The notes beneath the pieces are model-generated. The model did no database searches. It was not told the origin of the DNA and saw only the letters and a program-made list of their open reading frames with translations. Position numbers and translations under genes: made by a program. Of a DNA stretch of 64,000 bases, positions 45,181 to 58,790 are shown piece after piece. Each line of letters opens with the position of its first letter. The first letter of the stretch is position 1. Source of the stretch: Mercenaria mercenaria (lineage: Eukaryota); NCBI RefSeq assembly GCF_021730395.1, contig NC_069369.1:29869250-29933249 (forward strand), in the 5' to 3' direction.

Positions 45181-48100
45181 GATGTTACGTTTTTTAAGAT
45201 CAGCCAATCAGACTGCCTTTTACATTTTTATCGCGCCAAAAAGCAGTTGGCGCCACATTCTGTTATTAAGGTTTCACAACACTATTTTTTTTTTTTGATT
45301 TCGCTGTACTGGTATCCCTAAAATCGTATGTTAAATCCCAATCTACTAATACTACAAAGGCTCAAAGTATGCAGATATGTTATGTATATCTAAATTTGGC
45401 AATTGTTTTTGTGTAATATCCGTTCTATTGTCGGCCTCTCAATTATAATTAAAAATATATATTCAAGTTAGAATATGGGTCAGAAGTTAGTTGATATCCT
45501 TAAAGTGGAGCTTACCTTTTTGGTTCAGTCTGAACAGTTTTAATTTTACCAGTATAAAAGCCAATATCAGTCTGCCTTACACTAAAATGTTCGGTCTATC
45601 ATAGTCTAAATTGCTATAAAGTTAGTGTTTGATAGTAATAATTGTTAATTTTTTTACAATGTAACATTTTGTTTTCAAATTTTTATGCATATACTTATAT
45701 GCAACTTTTTATTCATATTGGGTATGCAAAATTTCACAATTTAGTTATTTGTGATATCTTGAGCCGGACTTTGATTGTTTGATTTAACTCTTTGAATGAA
45801 ATTAGGATTCAAGAGGTACTCAGTGCAGAGATTGTTGAATTATTTCAACATGTTCATTTCCACAAATGTTATGATGGAATGAATATATGCCACTGAAAGA
45901 TGATAAGAGTGAGTGAGTGAGTTGGGTTTTACGGCGAATCGACACAAAATGGTCATATATAAAGTGGGTGAATATAACAGCTAGGTATTTGTATGAATGC
46001 AAGAAGAGCGTTAATTTTCAGCATTATTTCAAAGGCATTTCTACCTTATGCACAAAAGTTTTGGTTACAGGCATGAAAATACCTGTTAATATTAGACTAA
46101 ATCTGCCTGATCCCTATGTTGCATCCATAATTATGTTACTCATGTGAGATATGGGGTTTTAATTATGCAGATAAACTTGAAAGACATAGAAAGTATTTTA
46201 AGAGAATGTTAAAAGTGAAAATGTCAACATGTAATGCTTCTGTATATGATTTTAACAACGATCAAATATGTTGACTATGACGCGACTATTCATATGTCAA
46301 AATATTTTTAATATATCGCGGTCATTGTCTTTGCATGTATCAGTCATGCGAAAGTGCAAAAACAGTTTTTACTCCAAATTATGATAAAATAAAACAGTAC
46401 AGTTCAATAATCTAGGCTGTCGGTAATCCAAATGCAAGCATATCGTTGATGCAAAACTTTGACACACTGAAGGAGAACTTTCCACAAATCTAACTGATCT
46501 AAAGTACTTTACTGATATTCCAACGTTCATTCTTGTAGCTATTTGAATACCTGAACAATTTTAATTTTCAGCACTGTAAATGTGTGCTAATGTGTTTCAT
46601 GTCCATCCAATTTAAATCGCTTTATTTATTTTAAATAATTTTATTTTTGTTTTATTTGTGTTATATATCAGTATTAACAAACGAAAGAACTTTCGACAGA
46701 AGCGTACATCTGGGGACATTTGTCTGCAGAAAATAATAATTGAAAACTGGTCTCAGCAATCAGACCGCCAATATTACATGCTGTCAAGATCTTTATCATG
46801 TTCGAGTACAAAAAAGGTAATTAATTAAATCATTATGTGTATAATACCAATTTATATGACAGAGAGCAGATGTTTTTTATCAAGCTTCATCTTCATTAGC
46901 AGTTAAGTGCAAGTTTTAGACGTTTGTTCACATGCAACTTCATATTTGTAACTGATCTACATGAATATGTGATACATTTTTTCAATTAAATGGACATTCC
47001 AACGCTTTGAACCTTACTCGCTAGTCTTGCAAATGATAAGAAATCTTCCTTAAAGTAAGGCCAATTCTTTATTAACTTCTTGTTTTCACCAGCATCAGTA
47101 AATTAAGATTGCTAAATATCTATGACACGATAATTCATAATTAATTATTCACTCATCTGAAATTCAATGGTACCTGAAACGTTAATATTTTATTCTCCAA
47201 ATTGAGTTTAAATCATTTCTGTGTATGTGACATCATTTTTGACGTCGTCTCATGTATGTCGTCGCATTTAAGTTCTAAGTTCTAAGACGGTATTTCAATT
47301 TCACTCAGGCCTAATAACAGATTTATATCATTTATAAGACGTTTAAGTGTAGATCGATTTGTTATAAAAAGATTATCAGATTTGCATCGAAAAATATGCA
47401 TACTAATAATATTTCCGCTGCAGAGCTCATGTATACATCTCGATACAAATCTTATAACCAATGAACATTACGCACTTTATGAAGAGAAATCTAGTAAAGG
47501 AACATATCAAGAATAAATCTCAATTAAACAAAGGAATGTGAAAGATGGCTATTACAGTTTCAAGCAGCAGCGTAGTTATGAAAAGGTGTTTAGGTTCTAA
47601 ATTATAATTTTTTAAAAAAAAATTTTGTAACGTTAACGAATGTCTTCTCACCAGTTAATCACGGTAACTAATAAAAAGCTGGCATTTATTTACTATGATA
47701 GTACGCCCCTGAACGACTGATTTTATTCAAGAAAAAATCACTAAATGAAATATATTATTTCGATTCTAACACGTTACAAAGGAATTTGAAGTACCCTAAA
47801 AGCTTGACGGCATTAAATATTTGCCGTAAGCCGTTTGGCGCTATGACGTTACAAATGTGACGTCAGAACAGTTAATTGTTGTATTATAATTCACTGTTTT
47901 CAGCCTCCTTTTTGTAATAAGAAAATGAATCGGATCTTGTTAGAATCTAAAACACTACTTCTACTTTTTATAATTATAAAGTAAGTTTGATTTCAGAAAA
48001 TTACGGAAAATTTGTAAATTAGTTTTCCTTTTTTGAAAGGGAGGAGGGACATTACACCAAAATGTGGTACTAGAAAAACGTTAAAGTGTACTATACCTTT

Positions 48101-48549
48101 GTATGATTTCTGACATTTTGTATGCAGTCATATCAGTTTTAACCGAAACAAGTTAGGGATACATTTCAAATTCTCTCTTCTTTCGAACAGAAACAATAAT
48201 TTATGACATGCTTAATGATGTGCGAGCGTTTTTTTTCTTCTTTTTTTTGTTTTTTGTTGTTTTATTTTTCATGGTTATCCGCCATTTTGATAAAAATCTT
48301 GGAATAATTCTTTCAAACAATAAGACCAGTGGGGTAATTATGCAAAAATGTAAAAATGTAAGATATTTGTAAGTAACATTTATGCTTATATGATACTGAT
48401 ATTAGAAACAAATTGTAAGACCTGAAATCGCTAGAACATTGATTTGAATATATAATAAGAACAACGAATTTGACCAAACTTTTTTTTATATATTTCTTTT
48501 TAAATCTTTATTGTTGTAACGGTGACAATAGTCACGTCATTGCCGTTTA

Positions 48550-48868
48550 CATTTTCAACCAATCGAATCAGTTTCATGTTCTTGGCATTTTTTTCTCCAA
48601 AAATATTATCCAATCACAACAGTGACAATGACTTATATAATTTCGGGCTGGACATTATTCTGTCATTACAACCTAGTTCGTTACTTGTATTAAGTGGATT
48701 ATTTAGATTAATTCTTAGCTTTCTATTACACGTTTGGTTGATTATTTCGTTGCGTTTAATGTAAAGAAAGACAGAGTGTAACAGTTTGAAACACCAGCAA
48801 GTATTCCGATATATAGGCGTGTTCTGTTTTCCGAAGACAGCATCGAGGCATTCAGATTTAAAAAAGGT
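48550..48868 (+). promoter_or_regulatory. Candidate pol II promoter and non-coding first exon: CCAAT boxes (48552, 48611), TATATAA (48637), atatatagg (48809), and an exon ending CAGATTTAAAAAAG|gtaagt (donor at 48867-48868)
   Basis: Motifs read in the sequence. There is no ATG in the putative exon. It may serve the plus-strand gene whose ATG exon is at 53035. Confidence 0.3.
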
Positions 48869-50519
48869 AAGTATATCTTTTTATTTGTATTTGCGCTATA
48901 ACTCCTGTGTGTTAGCTTACTTTACCCAACATACAATACTTATTCACCTTGAAAAATACAGTACGGCAAGGTTTTAAATGAGCTCGTAGAAATTAAGCGG
49001 TGTGCCGTTACCATGGAAACGGCTACAACTTATCTTCGCCATATTACAACAGTTAGTTATAACATCAGCTTGACTTTTCATATTTTCATCAAGTTATGAA
49101 TACCTAATGTTTGCAGTTACTTTATTCTAAATATCTTATTAAATTCCTTAATTGCCGTCAGCTGGTACATTTTTAGAAATTAGCACGTGCATTTAATAGT
49201 GAACCAAAAAGGAGCCTTTTAAGCAGGAGTTATTTTAGACTTTATTTCAACTATGGCCAATATTTTGGTCTGAAATTGTTGTATAATATGCATGCAATTA
49301 AAATTCTAAAATTTTGGATACGTCTGTTTAACAGTACTTAATAAAACAGATTATACGCCGTATGGGTTCTTAATTCGCTTCATTTTTGAAAAGATATGGA
49401 CAATGAAATTTAGGAATAACTCGTTAAATCTCCGCATTGAATATTTAACGTATATATATGAAAAATAAGTATTTATTAAATAAATTGTTGAAAAACATCG
49501 GATAAATTATGTTGATGTTTTTTTTCCGGTGACACAGCCTTTAATACATTGATCAAAATTCCTAATCGGTCAGTTTATATTTTATAACTATTTTGTTAAT
49601 AATGCAAGTACTAGTATTCACAAGAAATATCACATACAGACATTAGGATTAGAATAGGCAGTGTAGCTAACTATTTATATATTTTTGGTAATTCACGGCC
49701 AAATTAAACGGATTATGCATTTTGACCAATTATTTTGCCCGTTCATGGCATGTGCATCAATATGCACGTGCTCTTTTCCAGTTTTGGCGTTACTGACGAA
49801 AGTTCTTCTAGAAAAACACATATCATGGTGAAATTGACAAAAAAGCAATGCGATCGAGCTGTCGGAATGTAGCTAGCCGGGACACATTTACAACACTAGT
49901 CTAATTACTTTTGCAATTTCAAAAGAATTTTGATATAATTTGTTTGTATCTGTTACTTTGATAATGATTGTTATTTACATTTTTAACCTTATTTCCGTTT
50001 ACGTGAACCTTCAATCTGTGGTTCTCTTTTGGCGAAATTCAACCCAAGTACAGTTCATTGAAGTAACCGAATTTTGTTGTAAAATTCCGACAGCCCAGGC
50101 GTTTTGCTCTTGTGTTAAATTCAGGATGATATGTGTTTTCTAGTAGGACTTTCGCCAGTTATGTTAAAAGTGTTCATTAACACATGCATATGCCCTGCAC
50201 GTGCAAAATATACTATATTGATCAACACGCCTAATGCGGTTACGCTGTTCGTGAGTCGGCCGAAAATAAATCAAATTTAATGAAAATTAGCTACAGTATC
50301 TATTTAATGTCCCCATTATATAGTATATAGTAATTTAGCACAATTTCTACTGAAATATTTTACATGTATCGGAAAAATCATGTTGAGTCATCAAAACATA
50401 CATGTATCATGCCTTCATACCCTGACGCCAACAAGACTTGTGATTTATTTGAACATGATTTATGTAGACTTTACCGCGCAATATTTATTCAGCCATCCGT
50501 TTTAAAATAATGATTTCAC

Positions 50520-51230
50520 GCAGTATTGTCCGTATAAGTATTGACCTGGCACTCATGAATATTTCGTATGTTTCCGTAAATTAATCTTCGGTGTCCGAAC
50601 CTAAATAACGATATAACTATAATTGAAAAGCCAGTTATATGCAACTATGTTTCATGTGCAGATATAGTCGTGCGTACAAAGTGTTTTGCCACTAACCTCA
50701 GCGTTCGAGTGTTCGAGTCCTCTATCTGACCATATCTTTATTTTTTTATTAAAAATATCTGTAAAATTGACAGATGGAAAAATTGTCACACTTATCCTGG
50801 TTTATCAGAGAAATACTCTACTATTGATTAACATTCTTCTACGTACATAAAACCGTTCTACAAAATGTCTTTTAAAACCTTCAGGACCAGACAAGTATTC
50901 ATCCATTCAACGGACAATTCAAAGAACTGTTGTAACGACACAAAATGAAATGTTTCTAAAATAATGTAAAATAGTTACAAATACAAACACACGGAATTAT
51001 ATGGAAAAAAAATGGTTAGAAATGAATTCGAACCCCATCACATGTCCTGGTAATGCTGTTCTAAGTCGGAGGGCTTACCACTACACCATTGTGCCGTTGG
51101 TTATCTTTGTCGAATATTTTAATAAATATAGATATTTTCAGGACACAAATATTGCGTAAAATAACGGAAACGCCCGAAAACTTTGGCGAAGATTAATGAG
51201 TGCCAGGTCAATACTTACGGACCACTTATT
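50520..51230. mobile_element. Second copy of MITE family C (inverted termini at 50522-50548 and 51199-51225) containing a degenerate tRNA-like sequence on the minus strand (51030-51110; box A TGGTGTAGTGGTAAGC, box B GGGGTTCGAATTC)
   Basis: Same terminal 27-mer as at 41877. T-arm and acceptor do not pair, so this is a SINE-like or pseudo-tRNA. Confidence 0.6.
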
Positions 51231-52109
51231 TATGATAGGTCTGAGATAGTTATTTCCATTATATAAAATCTATGTGTTGGATACTGATGAAATAATACTG
51301 TTTTTCAAGTTTCACTAAAAATATTCAGTAGTTTTGGTTTAAAATAATTTTGTTTTTATTTCAATTTTCGAACATGACCAGTTTCTTATCAACTGTTGCC
51401 ATGGTAAAGCACACCGCTACATTTCTATGGTCGATTTTTAAACTCTGTCTTATTTTATCTAAATGTTTTAACGCAGTAAAAAAGTTTTGTATGATGGGTA
51501 AATTCAGTTTGGTAGATATTTTGAAAGATTCTTTGTATACCATTCATTATATTGACTTGTGTGCTTTTTTGCACTGAAAGCACACTAGCATGTTTCTTTT
51601 CTCGCTTTGCATCCTAATGCATCATATAGATTTCTCTTAGGACACTGTTTTGGTATTTGAATTGAATTCTCTGTAAAGCTTCCACTCATTAAGGGGAGAC
51701 AACGTATGTGTTATCCCAATGCTGAATTTTAATTTTCTAGACCATTTTTATTGCCTACTTGTTTTTCTTCCTTTATTGTTTAGCTACAGCTATAGACAAA
51801 CAGACATACGCATTTTTTATAATGTCAAAGTTTCCATTTATTTAATTTTTACGCATATTATGGAAACTGATGATTGCCAGTCACTGCTGATATCTTAAAT
51901 TTACTAAAGAATTTTTCGCAAAGAGGAAGTGAAACATTTAAGCTATAGTATCATATTTTTGATGTTAATTGTTAGGCGAATCAAATTCTATATGTATTGG
52001 GTTTCTAAATATCATTTTTTGGAATGGATTCTTTTCATACACAAACTTTCAGTACTTTGATTATCGATATTACTTCACACAATGGGCCTTAATATAGTGC
52101 GCGCGACTT

Positions 52110-52250
52110 TCTATATGGAGGTAAGATGTCGAGTGCTCCAGATAAGAAGACGTGCGCACGAGATAAGATGTCGAGCGCTTGAGATAAAATGTCTTGCCCT
52201 CGAGATCAGATGTCATGTGCACGAGATAAGATGTCGAGCGCACTAGACAA
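52110..52250. promoter_or_regulatory. Tandem array of six units of about 22 bp, (C)GAGATAAGATGTCGAGCGC, each carrying a GATA-type AGATAAG core, about 800 bp upstream of the ATG exon at 53035
   Basis: gatgtcgagtgctccagataagaagacgtgcgcacgagataagatgtcgagcgcttgagataaaatgtcttgccctcgagatcagatgtcatgtgcacgagataagatgtcgagcgcactag. Confidence 0.4.
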
Positions 52251-53034
52251 ATTAATCTTTAAAAAATTAAAGGAATATCCTAAAAATACCGTAATGTCTA
52301 CCGGTTTGTACTCTTCTGTGTAATTTCCAGAGTCATTTTCGTAGTATGTGTGTGTCTTATGCAGCAATAGGCACAGTCTTGTCAAGTATAAATAACATAT
52401 TTCTTGCAAGCAATTTTCGTGGAAAATCAAGACATAGGCCGAAAATAGGTTACAAATATATTTACGTACACGTACGCACTATGACCAAAAGATTTAAGAT
52501 TTTAGGATGTAACTTTTAAATAAATATAGAACATATTTTTGATCAAAAACGTTCTACCTGTAAGAGTCGCAAGACGTAAGTTTTTTTGTTGCTGTTATTG
52601 TTGTTGTTGACATTACACGCGATGTAAAGGTGGCATGAAGATAAATGTCGTGCAAAATTTAAAATTATTTGTACAGAGAAAAGAGAACCAAATAATATGT
52701 CTACACAAAATGGGATGCATGAAAACCAGAACTTTATAGACATACATACACAAAGTAGTAAAATGGCGTGAAAAAATGTTAGTCGCATAATGGCGGATAC
52801 AAATAGTCCTCAGTTTTTGTTGTTTTTTTGTTTTGTTTTTTGTTTTGGTCTTAATTAAATCAATTTACAAACAAGCGACAGTATTAAAGATAATTCATAA
52901 ATTTTATAAGTGTATTATCATCTAGAGACCTTTAAAAATAAATCGCTTCTACTTGAAGCCGCTATTTATGAAAATTCATGTTAAACATTTGGTGCATCAA
53001 ACAGTAACTTTGTGCATGTGTTTTATATTTACAG

Positions 53035-53111
53035 AATGGAGAATAACCAAGTCCCCGACGATACTCCAACAGATGTTGAAACCCCAGTCCGACAACGGTC
53101 GCCAACACGCA
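53035..53111 (+). CDS. Plus-strand gene, ATG-containing exon (MENNQVPDDTPTDVETPVRQRSPTR)
   Basis: Acceptor tgttttatatttacag| and donor CACGCA|gtaagt. ATG at 53036. 25 codons+1. Confidence 0.5.
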
Positions 53112-53764
53112 GTAAGTTATATTATAAGTTTGAGAGTTAACTGGTAGGATATTTGTTGAGTCTTATAACTGTAGGTTTTGCGCCTCAAAATGGTTTACAA
53201 AATGTAGTACCAAAATGCGTTGGATATGTACACAGCCAACGCAAAACGGTATTAATAATAATGACATGATTTACAAAAAAGAATATTTTGTGACGAAGGG
53301 ACAATATCGAACTAATCGGCTGATTATAGAACTTGCCCGAGATATTAACATTCTGACCTATTTTGGTAAACATTGGATGAGAACTGCTCCAGTTAGATAG
53401 CGAAAATTTTTTAGAGCCCAAGCCCCCACCACCCCCTACCCCTCGTCCCCCGCCCTACGCAGGTGTTCTCATTATACGTCGTATGCAAATGAAGAAAAAA
53501 AGGCCAAAGTCTGCGATAAATATTTAGAGAAAATCATTCGCATTTATATATTTAATTCTAACACGATCCGATTCATTTTCCTATTAAACAAAGAAGGCTG
53601 GAAACAGTGAATTATTAAACAACCATTCATTGTTCTGACGTCACAACTATTACGTCATAGCGTCAAGCGGCGTAGCGGCGCGCTGGAAAAGAACCCGACT
53701 GAAAACGCATGCCGACAAGGGTGTACTTTAAAGTTCTTGATAACGTGTTAGAATCTAAATAATA

Positions 53765-53925
53765 TATCTCATTCAGTGATTTGCTCTTGAATAAATCACT
53801 GTTTGTCGTTCAGATGCGTAGCATTATATCACTCGGGCTACGCCCTCGTGATATAATTCCTTCGCATCTGAACTCCAAACAGTGATTTATTCAGCGACAA
53901 ATCACCGATGAGATATATTATTTCT
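53765..53925. repeat. Near-perfect palindrome (about 80-bp arms, centre about 53838) with core ..CACTCGGGC|GCCCTCGTG..
   Basis: aatatatctcattcagtgatttgctcttgaataaatcactgtttg.cgttcagatgcgtagcattatatcactcgggc is mirrored. Flanked by TGACGTCA motifs at 53640 and 53966. Confidence 0.85.
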
Positions 53926-54282
53926 TAAATTTAATATGGCTAACAATGCTTTAATCACCACAGCGTTGTTATGACGTCACGTCAACGTGATATTTAGCAC
54001 CATGTACGCATCGAGAAATAGCGCTTTCAAATTTCATGAAATATTTTATTTAATAACATGTTTTAAACGAAATATAAGATTGCACAAATGTTTTGATCAA
54101 TTTATACACATACTGAATTAGTTATTCGCTTTTCTGAATAATTCGCAATAATTTCCGCTCGAAATGAATTCTGCCGCAAGACGTATTACCGTTTCCGGTT
54201 CTGGCATGTTTTAACAAATACCTACTACTGGCGCCATGCTTGCGTGAAGAAACAGTTCCATCGTAGTTGATATAAATTTTAC

Positions 54283-54490
54283 AATAAAGAACATATTAGA
54301 ATCGAAATAATTTATAGCAAAACAGTGCTTTATCACTATTTATACACTCGGGCGGTTATACGTCGTCCGAAATAATTTCACTCGGGCTGCGAACCTTGTG
54401 AAATTATTACGCCCGACGTATAACCGCCCGTCGTGTATAAATAGTAATAAAGCACTGTTTTGCTATAAATTATTTCTTAAGTAAATAATA
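54283..54490. repeat. Near-perfect palindrome (about 95-bp arms, centre about 54385) with core ..CACTCGGGC..GCCCGA..
   Basis: ttatagcaaaacagtgctttatcactatttatacactcgggcggttatacgtcgtccgaaataatttcac is mirrored. The left arm is shared with 60128-60215. Confidence 0.85.
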
Positions 54491-54774
54491 AAGTACATGA
54501 CATTTAATACCTTACTGTGGAGGAAGCTTCATTTATGAGTATATAATATATTTCTTGCCTACCTAGCGGGGAAAGTATACATTTATCCGAGCACGCGCCA
54601 GGGATAGATATTCCTGTATTTCCCTAGGAAAAAACCCTTGTCTAAAATAGCGTGCACTAAGGTGACGTCACATAGTACTGGTACCATTGTGACGTCATAA
54701 ACTTTATAAATAATGTCAGGAAATACCCAAACCTATTTGTCTCCACGATCTATTTTGAACATGATAGGCAAGAA

Positions 54775-54935
54775 AAATGATCTAACATGTCTGCCTGTGT
54801 AAGACAGCTGTTTTCCCTACCCTCGGGACAGCATGGATAAAAAACCTCGCTAACGCTCGGTTTTCCATTCCACACTGTCCCTCGGGTAGGGAAAATCCCG
54901 TCTTACACAGGCAGGCATGTAAGATCCTTATATTC
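54775..54935. repeat. Palindrome (about 60-bp arms, about 35-bp loop) with CCCTCGGGACAG / CTGTCCCTCGGG
   Basis: catgtctgcctgtgtaagacagctgttttccctaccctcgggacag ... ctgtccctcgggtagggaaaatcccgtcttacacaggcaggcatgt. Confidence 0.85.
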
Positions 54936-55453
54936 TTACCCATTTAAAACACGCATAACCCTCTATTTCGGGGAGGAATCCAAAATATCACTTGCATGTA
55001 TACATCAAAACAGAAATCTAAATCTGACGAATGAGAATTTAGTTTTAAGAAAATTATCGAGTAATCCCAAGCCTACATTTTAGTCTTCTTTTACGTTGTG
55101 CGAAAACTTTAAATCTCGGGATGGGAACTCGAAACCCCAATCCCCAGCGTTTGTATAGTAGACATTACCTCATTTTATCTTTCTCTTTTGTGCGTCATGT
55201 AAAAAATGAGCACAGCTCCTGATGTAGAAAGAACTACTAAAATACGTTACATTCCATGATTTTTAGCACATCATATGTGCCAATAAAATGCAATTTGCCA
55301 CTACCAAAACTCGGCCGAATTTTGGTAGTGACTACCAAAATGCGTTGCTACCATAGGTCGAATACTTTTAGTCAATACTTACGCCCCAATCTCATGTCGA
55401 CAGAATTAATTTTTCCGTGAATAAACAAATACGGCTTACTTTTTTTGTTTTAG

Positions 55454-55767
55454 ACACATACATGTCGCGGTTGGTCGGTATTGGGCAGAGTATTAATCAA
55501 AGTATCAGAAGGCTCCAATTTGATCCCGACATGCAGCAGGGACTTGCGGCACAGCTCTCGGCGTCATTCAACCGGGCGAGTCCAATTCGCAATAGGGAAA
55601 CAGCACCAGTCCGTGTTAGAGGACGAGGCGGTCGTGTTCAAGGCGGTAGGGGTCGCCGATCACAGGAGCTCCAGATAAGACTAGTGTGCCTCAGAAGACC
55701 TGAGCGATCTAGCTCGAACATTAGCTACCAAGAATTGAGAGAATATGGTTTGGGTTCGTGTACTTAA
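55454..55767 (+). CDS. Possible alternative terminal or cassette exon of the same gene (NTYMSRLVGIGQSINQSIRRLQFDPDMQQGLAAQLSASFNRASPIRNRETAPVRVRGRGGRVQGGRGRRSQELQIRLVCLRRPERSSSNISYQELREYGLGSCT, stop TAA at 55765)
   Basis: Acceptor tttttttgttttag|. In frame with exon 53035-53111 (A+AC). Corresponds to ORF 55417..55767. An internal weak donor GAATATG|gtttgg would also keep the frame into 56596. Confidence 0.35.
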
Positions 55768-56595
55768 CTATATTAATCTGGGTACATGTAGGTAGTGCAA
55801 ATTACACTTTATTTGATACTTAATACTTGACTGAGTGCAGAAAAACGTAATTGGTGCATTTTATCCGCATTTAAAAGCAAAAAAAAAAAAAAGAAACAAT
55901 TCAACAGGAGATCAAAATATGAAGCCAAATCTCCCTAAATTCTGTATAAATTAACGGTAGTTACATATTAGTTGATGAATGTTTCCAATTCGCTAGAACA
56001 ATTTGATAAACTGATTTTACCAATTTTGAACTATAGGAGCAAAACCTGTGGATTCTGACAGGCTAATCAAATAGAGCGAATTCATTTACAATTTTGTAAT
56101 TCTCTTTTGGAGTAACGCTTATATAGCATTACGTTTATAGAAACAAAAATCAAACAACACCGAATCATAAAAACAAAGAGTTGATTTACATAAAAATTGA
56201 ACAGCATGTACAAAATGAATATAACTCTACGAAACAAGAGCTGTAAACTGATGTAAAAACTGAATTCCGGAAAAGGACTGCGTAAAGGGGCCCAACTTCC
56301 GGACAGTCGAACGCCTTTAAAACTCACCATTTTTCGAAGAACTGTTACATATGTTCGTTTTGATGCATTTGTAATAGCAATCTGACTAAAGTACAACTCC
56401 TATTAGGCTACGCTTAGGATTTGAAGACGTTCTATTGATAGCCTCGTTCTGACGACCCTTGCACTAGCCAATTAGAACGCTTACTTACAATATTTTGTAA
56501 GATTTAAAAACCCATATTTAGCCTGTGTTTTTATACTTGCAATTCTTATGACGACCACATTGCGAAGTAGAATATACACTTTCTTCTATTTTCAG

Positions 56596-56879
56596 GTAAC
56601 GCTTCAACCGCAGACGAGAGAGGGGTTTGCGTCATTCCCATAGATTGGACGGAGGAGTCATTTCGTCAATATATCGAAGAGGCCTTTCCGGTGCTTAGGT
56701 CAACACAGTACGAAGCTAGACGGTCAGAGCGTGGAGGTCGCCTTGTCCGGTTGGAGACTTTAATACCAAGCGATCTTCGCAACGTTTTCCTGGCGGGCCG
56801 TGACAGGATTAGAAATCCACCAACGGTATTTATCACCCCGCTTGAAGAGATCCACCACAGAACGATGGATACACCAACG
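56596..56879 (+). CDS. Plus-strand gene exon (SNASTADERGVCVIPIDWTEESFRQYIEEAFPVLRSTQYEARRSERGGRLVRLETLIPSDLRNVFLAGRDRIRNPPTVFITPLEEIHHRTMDTPT)
   Basis: Acceptor ttcttctattttcag| and donor CCAACG|gtaagt. 2+94 codons. In frame with 53111 (A+GT) and with 58200. Overlaps ORF 56691..56954. Confidence 0.6.
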
Positions 56880-57774
56880 GTAAGTCATGGTATTTTTGTG
56901 TCATATTTATTTTTACATCATTACAGTATTAACATTTTAAGTATTAAGTATTGATACGTAAGGAATTTGGCTTAACTCAATGTTGAAACCGTACATTCGT
57001 TTGCTGAACACGATATCTTTATAATTATTGCATTTTCCGATTTAAAACAAATTATAAAACTCACATTTTCTTGATAAGACTTGAACTCAAATTGATTAAA
57101 ACTTAGGCACCGCTGCAAATATATGTTACAGTTTGGCTTGAGTTCAGTAATATATCTAATGGAAAGTAAATTCCTTCGACGTGCCGCGATACAAAATTAG
57201 AATCTAGTAAGATGCATTTTTGGGAAATTTAGCCAGAGCAATCAGAACAGCCAGAGTTAGGGATCAGTGTTAGGGTTAGGATTAGTTCTGGCTACTCTGG
57301 TTACTCTGGCTGCTCTGGCTAAGTTCATGAACGTGTAGAATGCAGAATATTCTCATAAAAACGGAATGAGAAACAATGGAAAACTGTGTTTCTACAAGAA
57401 ATCTATACATGCAACAGAGTTAGCAAATGAAATACAGATACCGATACTTTATTTTATGTTTTCCAGTGAATTATAGAGTTTTCTCAGTGAAATAAAAGTA
57501 ATAATCCACAGTTTTGAAACAGTAGATTATCATTTTTATTTTTCACTGTTTTTGCCGAACTAGTTCCAGTCCTCCGTCGCGATCGAAGTCATATTGTATA
57601 CCTAGCGTTATATATGAATACCGGGGACCATAATGACGATGACGTCGTTAACATGACGTCATTTGTGTTATGTTTTCTGTTGATCTTTCCCGCGATTTTC
57701 GACATTTTATAAATTACGCAACAAAAATAGTGTTTAACATAAAATAAAAAGAAAATTTGTTTGTGTCAGTGAAA

Positions 57775-57905
57775 CATCAATTTTATTTCACTCGTGAGCA
57801 CCAAACAATGTCATTTTCACTCGTGGCTAGCCTACGCCACTCGTGAAAATATCAGTTTTTGATGCTCACTTGTGAAATAAAATTGATATTTCACTGAAAC
57901 AAACA
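57775..57905. repeat. Palindrome (about 55-bp arms) with TTTCACTCGTGAGCA / TGCTCACTTGTGAAA
   Basis: cagtgaaacatcaattttatttcactcgtgagcacc ... gatgctcacttgtgaaataaaattgatatttcactg. Confidence 0.85.
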
Positions 57906-58199
57906 AATATCCTCTATATAATTTTATTCCAAATCGGTATAGTACATAAATAGACATCATATCAAAGCCATTTATTCCTATATCGGCCGACATATAGGCT
58001 TAATGAAATAATGTATGGAGCTTATTTTTATTGCACAGCTGCAATACAATTATCATCCGCTACATACAGAGATAAACAACTTCATACATTGACAATACCA
58101 TTATAGGCAGTGTCCCTGTATCATTCTAAGTAAGGTGATTGTTTAGTACACTCGAGTGTATCTTCTTTATTAGATCTATCTCTATTTACATTTTTACAG

Positions 58200-58790
58200 G
58201 TCATGGCTAGGGTCTCCTCGGGAACAAACACACAGCCACCTAGTTCGTCATCAAATCATGCTGTCCAGTCACCTTCTGCTCCTGACCACTTGACTACTTC
58301 CTCGGATGATCAGCCGTCCATCTCACTATCCCGCCAACCAGCACGGTCGCCTTCTTTACAGCCTCAACTGGCTAGTCAGGCGCCCTCCTCAACACCCCAT
58401 CAGACAGACCAGCAGCCATTTTCACTACCCCATCAGCCAGAACAGGAGTCGTCTTCACTACCCCATCAACCAGACCAGTCACCTTCGCCACCGTTTCATC
58501 ATGCAGACCAGACTCTTTCTTCATCGCTTCATCATGCAGACCAGACGCCTTCTTCACCGCTTCATCATGCTGGCCGACCGTCTTCGTCACCCCTTCATCA
58601 AGTTGACCAGCCGCCTTCTTTACCGCTTCATCAAGTTGACCAGCCGCCTTCTTCACCGCTTCATCAAGTTGACCAGCCACCTTCTTCACCGCTTCAACAT
58701 GCTGACCAGCCGCCTTCTTCACCGCATCATCCTGCTGACCAGTCACGAAATTCTCCACCTCATCAACTGCAGCAGGAGCAGCAAAGGTAA
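58200..58790 (+). CDS. Plus-strand gene exon, probably terminal: Pro/Ser/Gln/His-rich with about nine tandem 13-aa repeats PLHQVDQPPSSPL (39-nt DNA period 58480-58760), stop TAA at 58788-58790. An alternative donor CAAAG|gtaaaa sits at 58786/58787
   Basis: Acceptor catttttacag|. ORF 58203..58790. No stops for 196 codons. Codon-level repeat with synonymous and non-synonymous variation. Confidence 0.6.
   Translation, partial: VMARVSSGTNTQPPSSSSNHAVQSPSAPDHLTTSSDDQPSISLSRQPARSPSLQPQLASQAPSSTPHQTDQQPFSLPHQPEQESSSLPHQPDQSPSPPFHHADQTLSSSLHHADQTPSSPLHHAGRPSSSPLHQVDQPPSLPLHQVDQPPSSPLHQVDQPPSSPLQHADQPPSSPHHPADQSRNSPPHQLQQEQQR

Noticed and set aside
47520-47566. Short ATG-initiated segment (MAITVSSSSVVMK) followed by the donor AAAAG|gtgttt
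   Set aside because: It is only about 13 codons and has no downstream in-frame partner that I could identify. Possibly chance.
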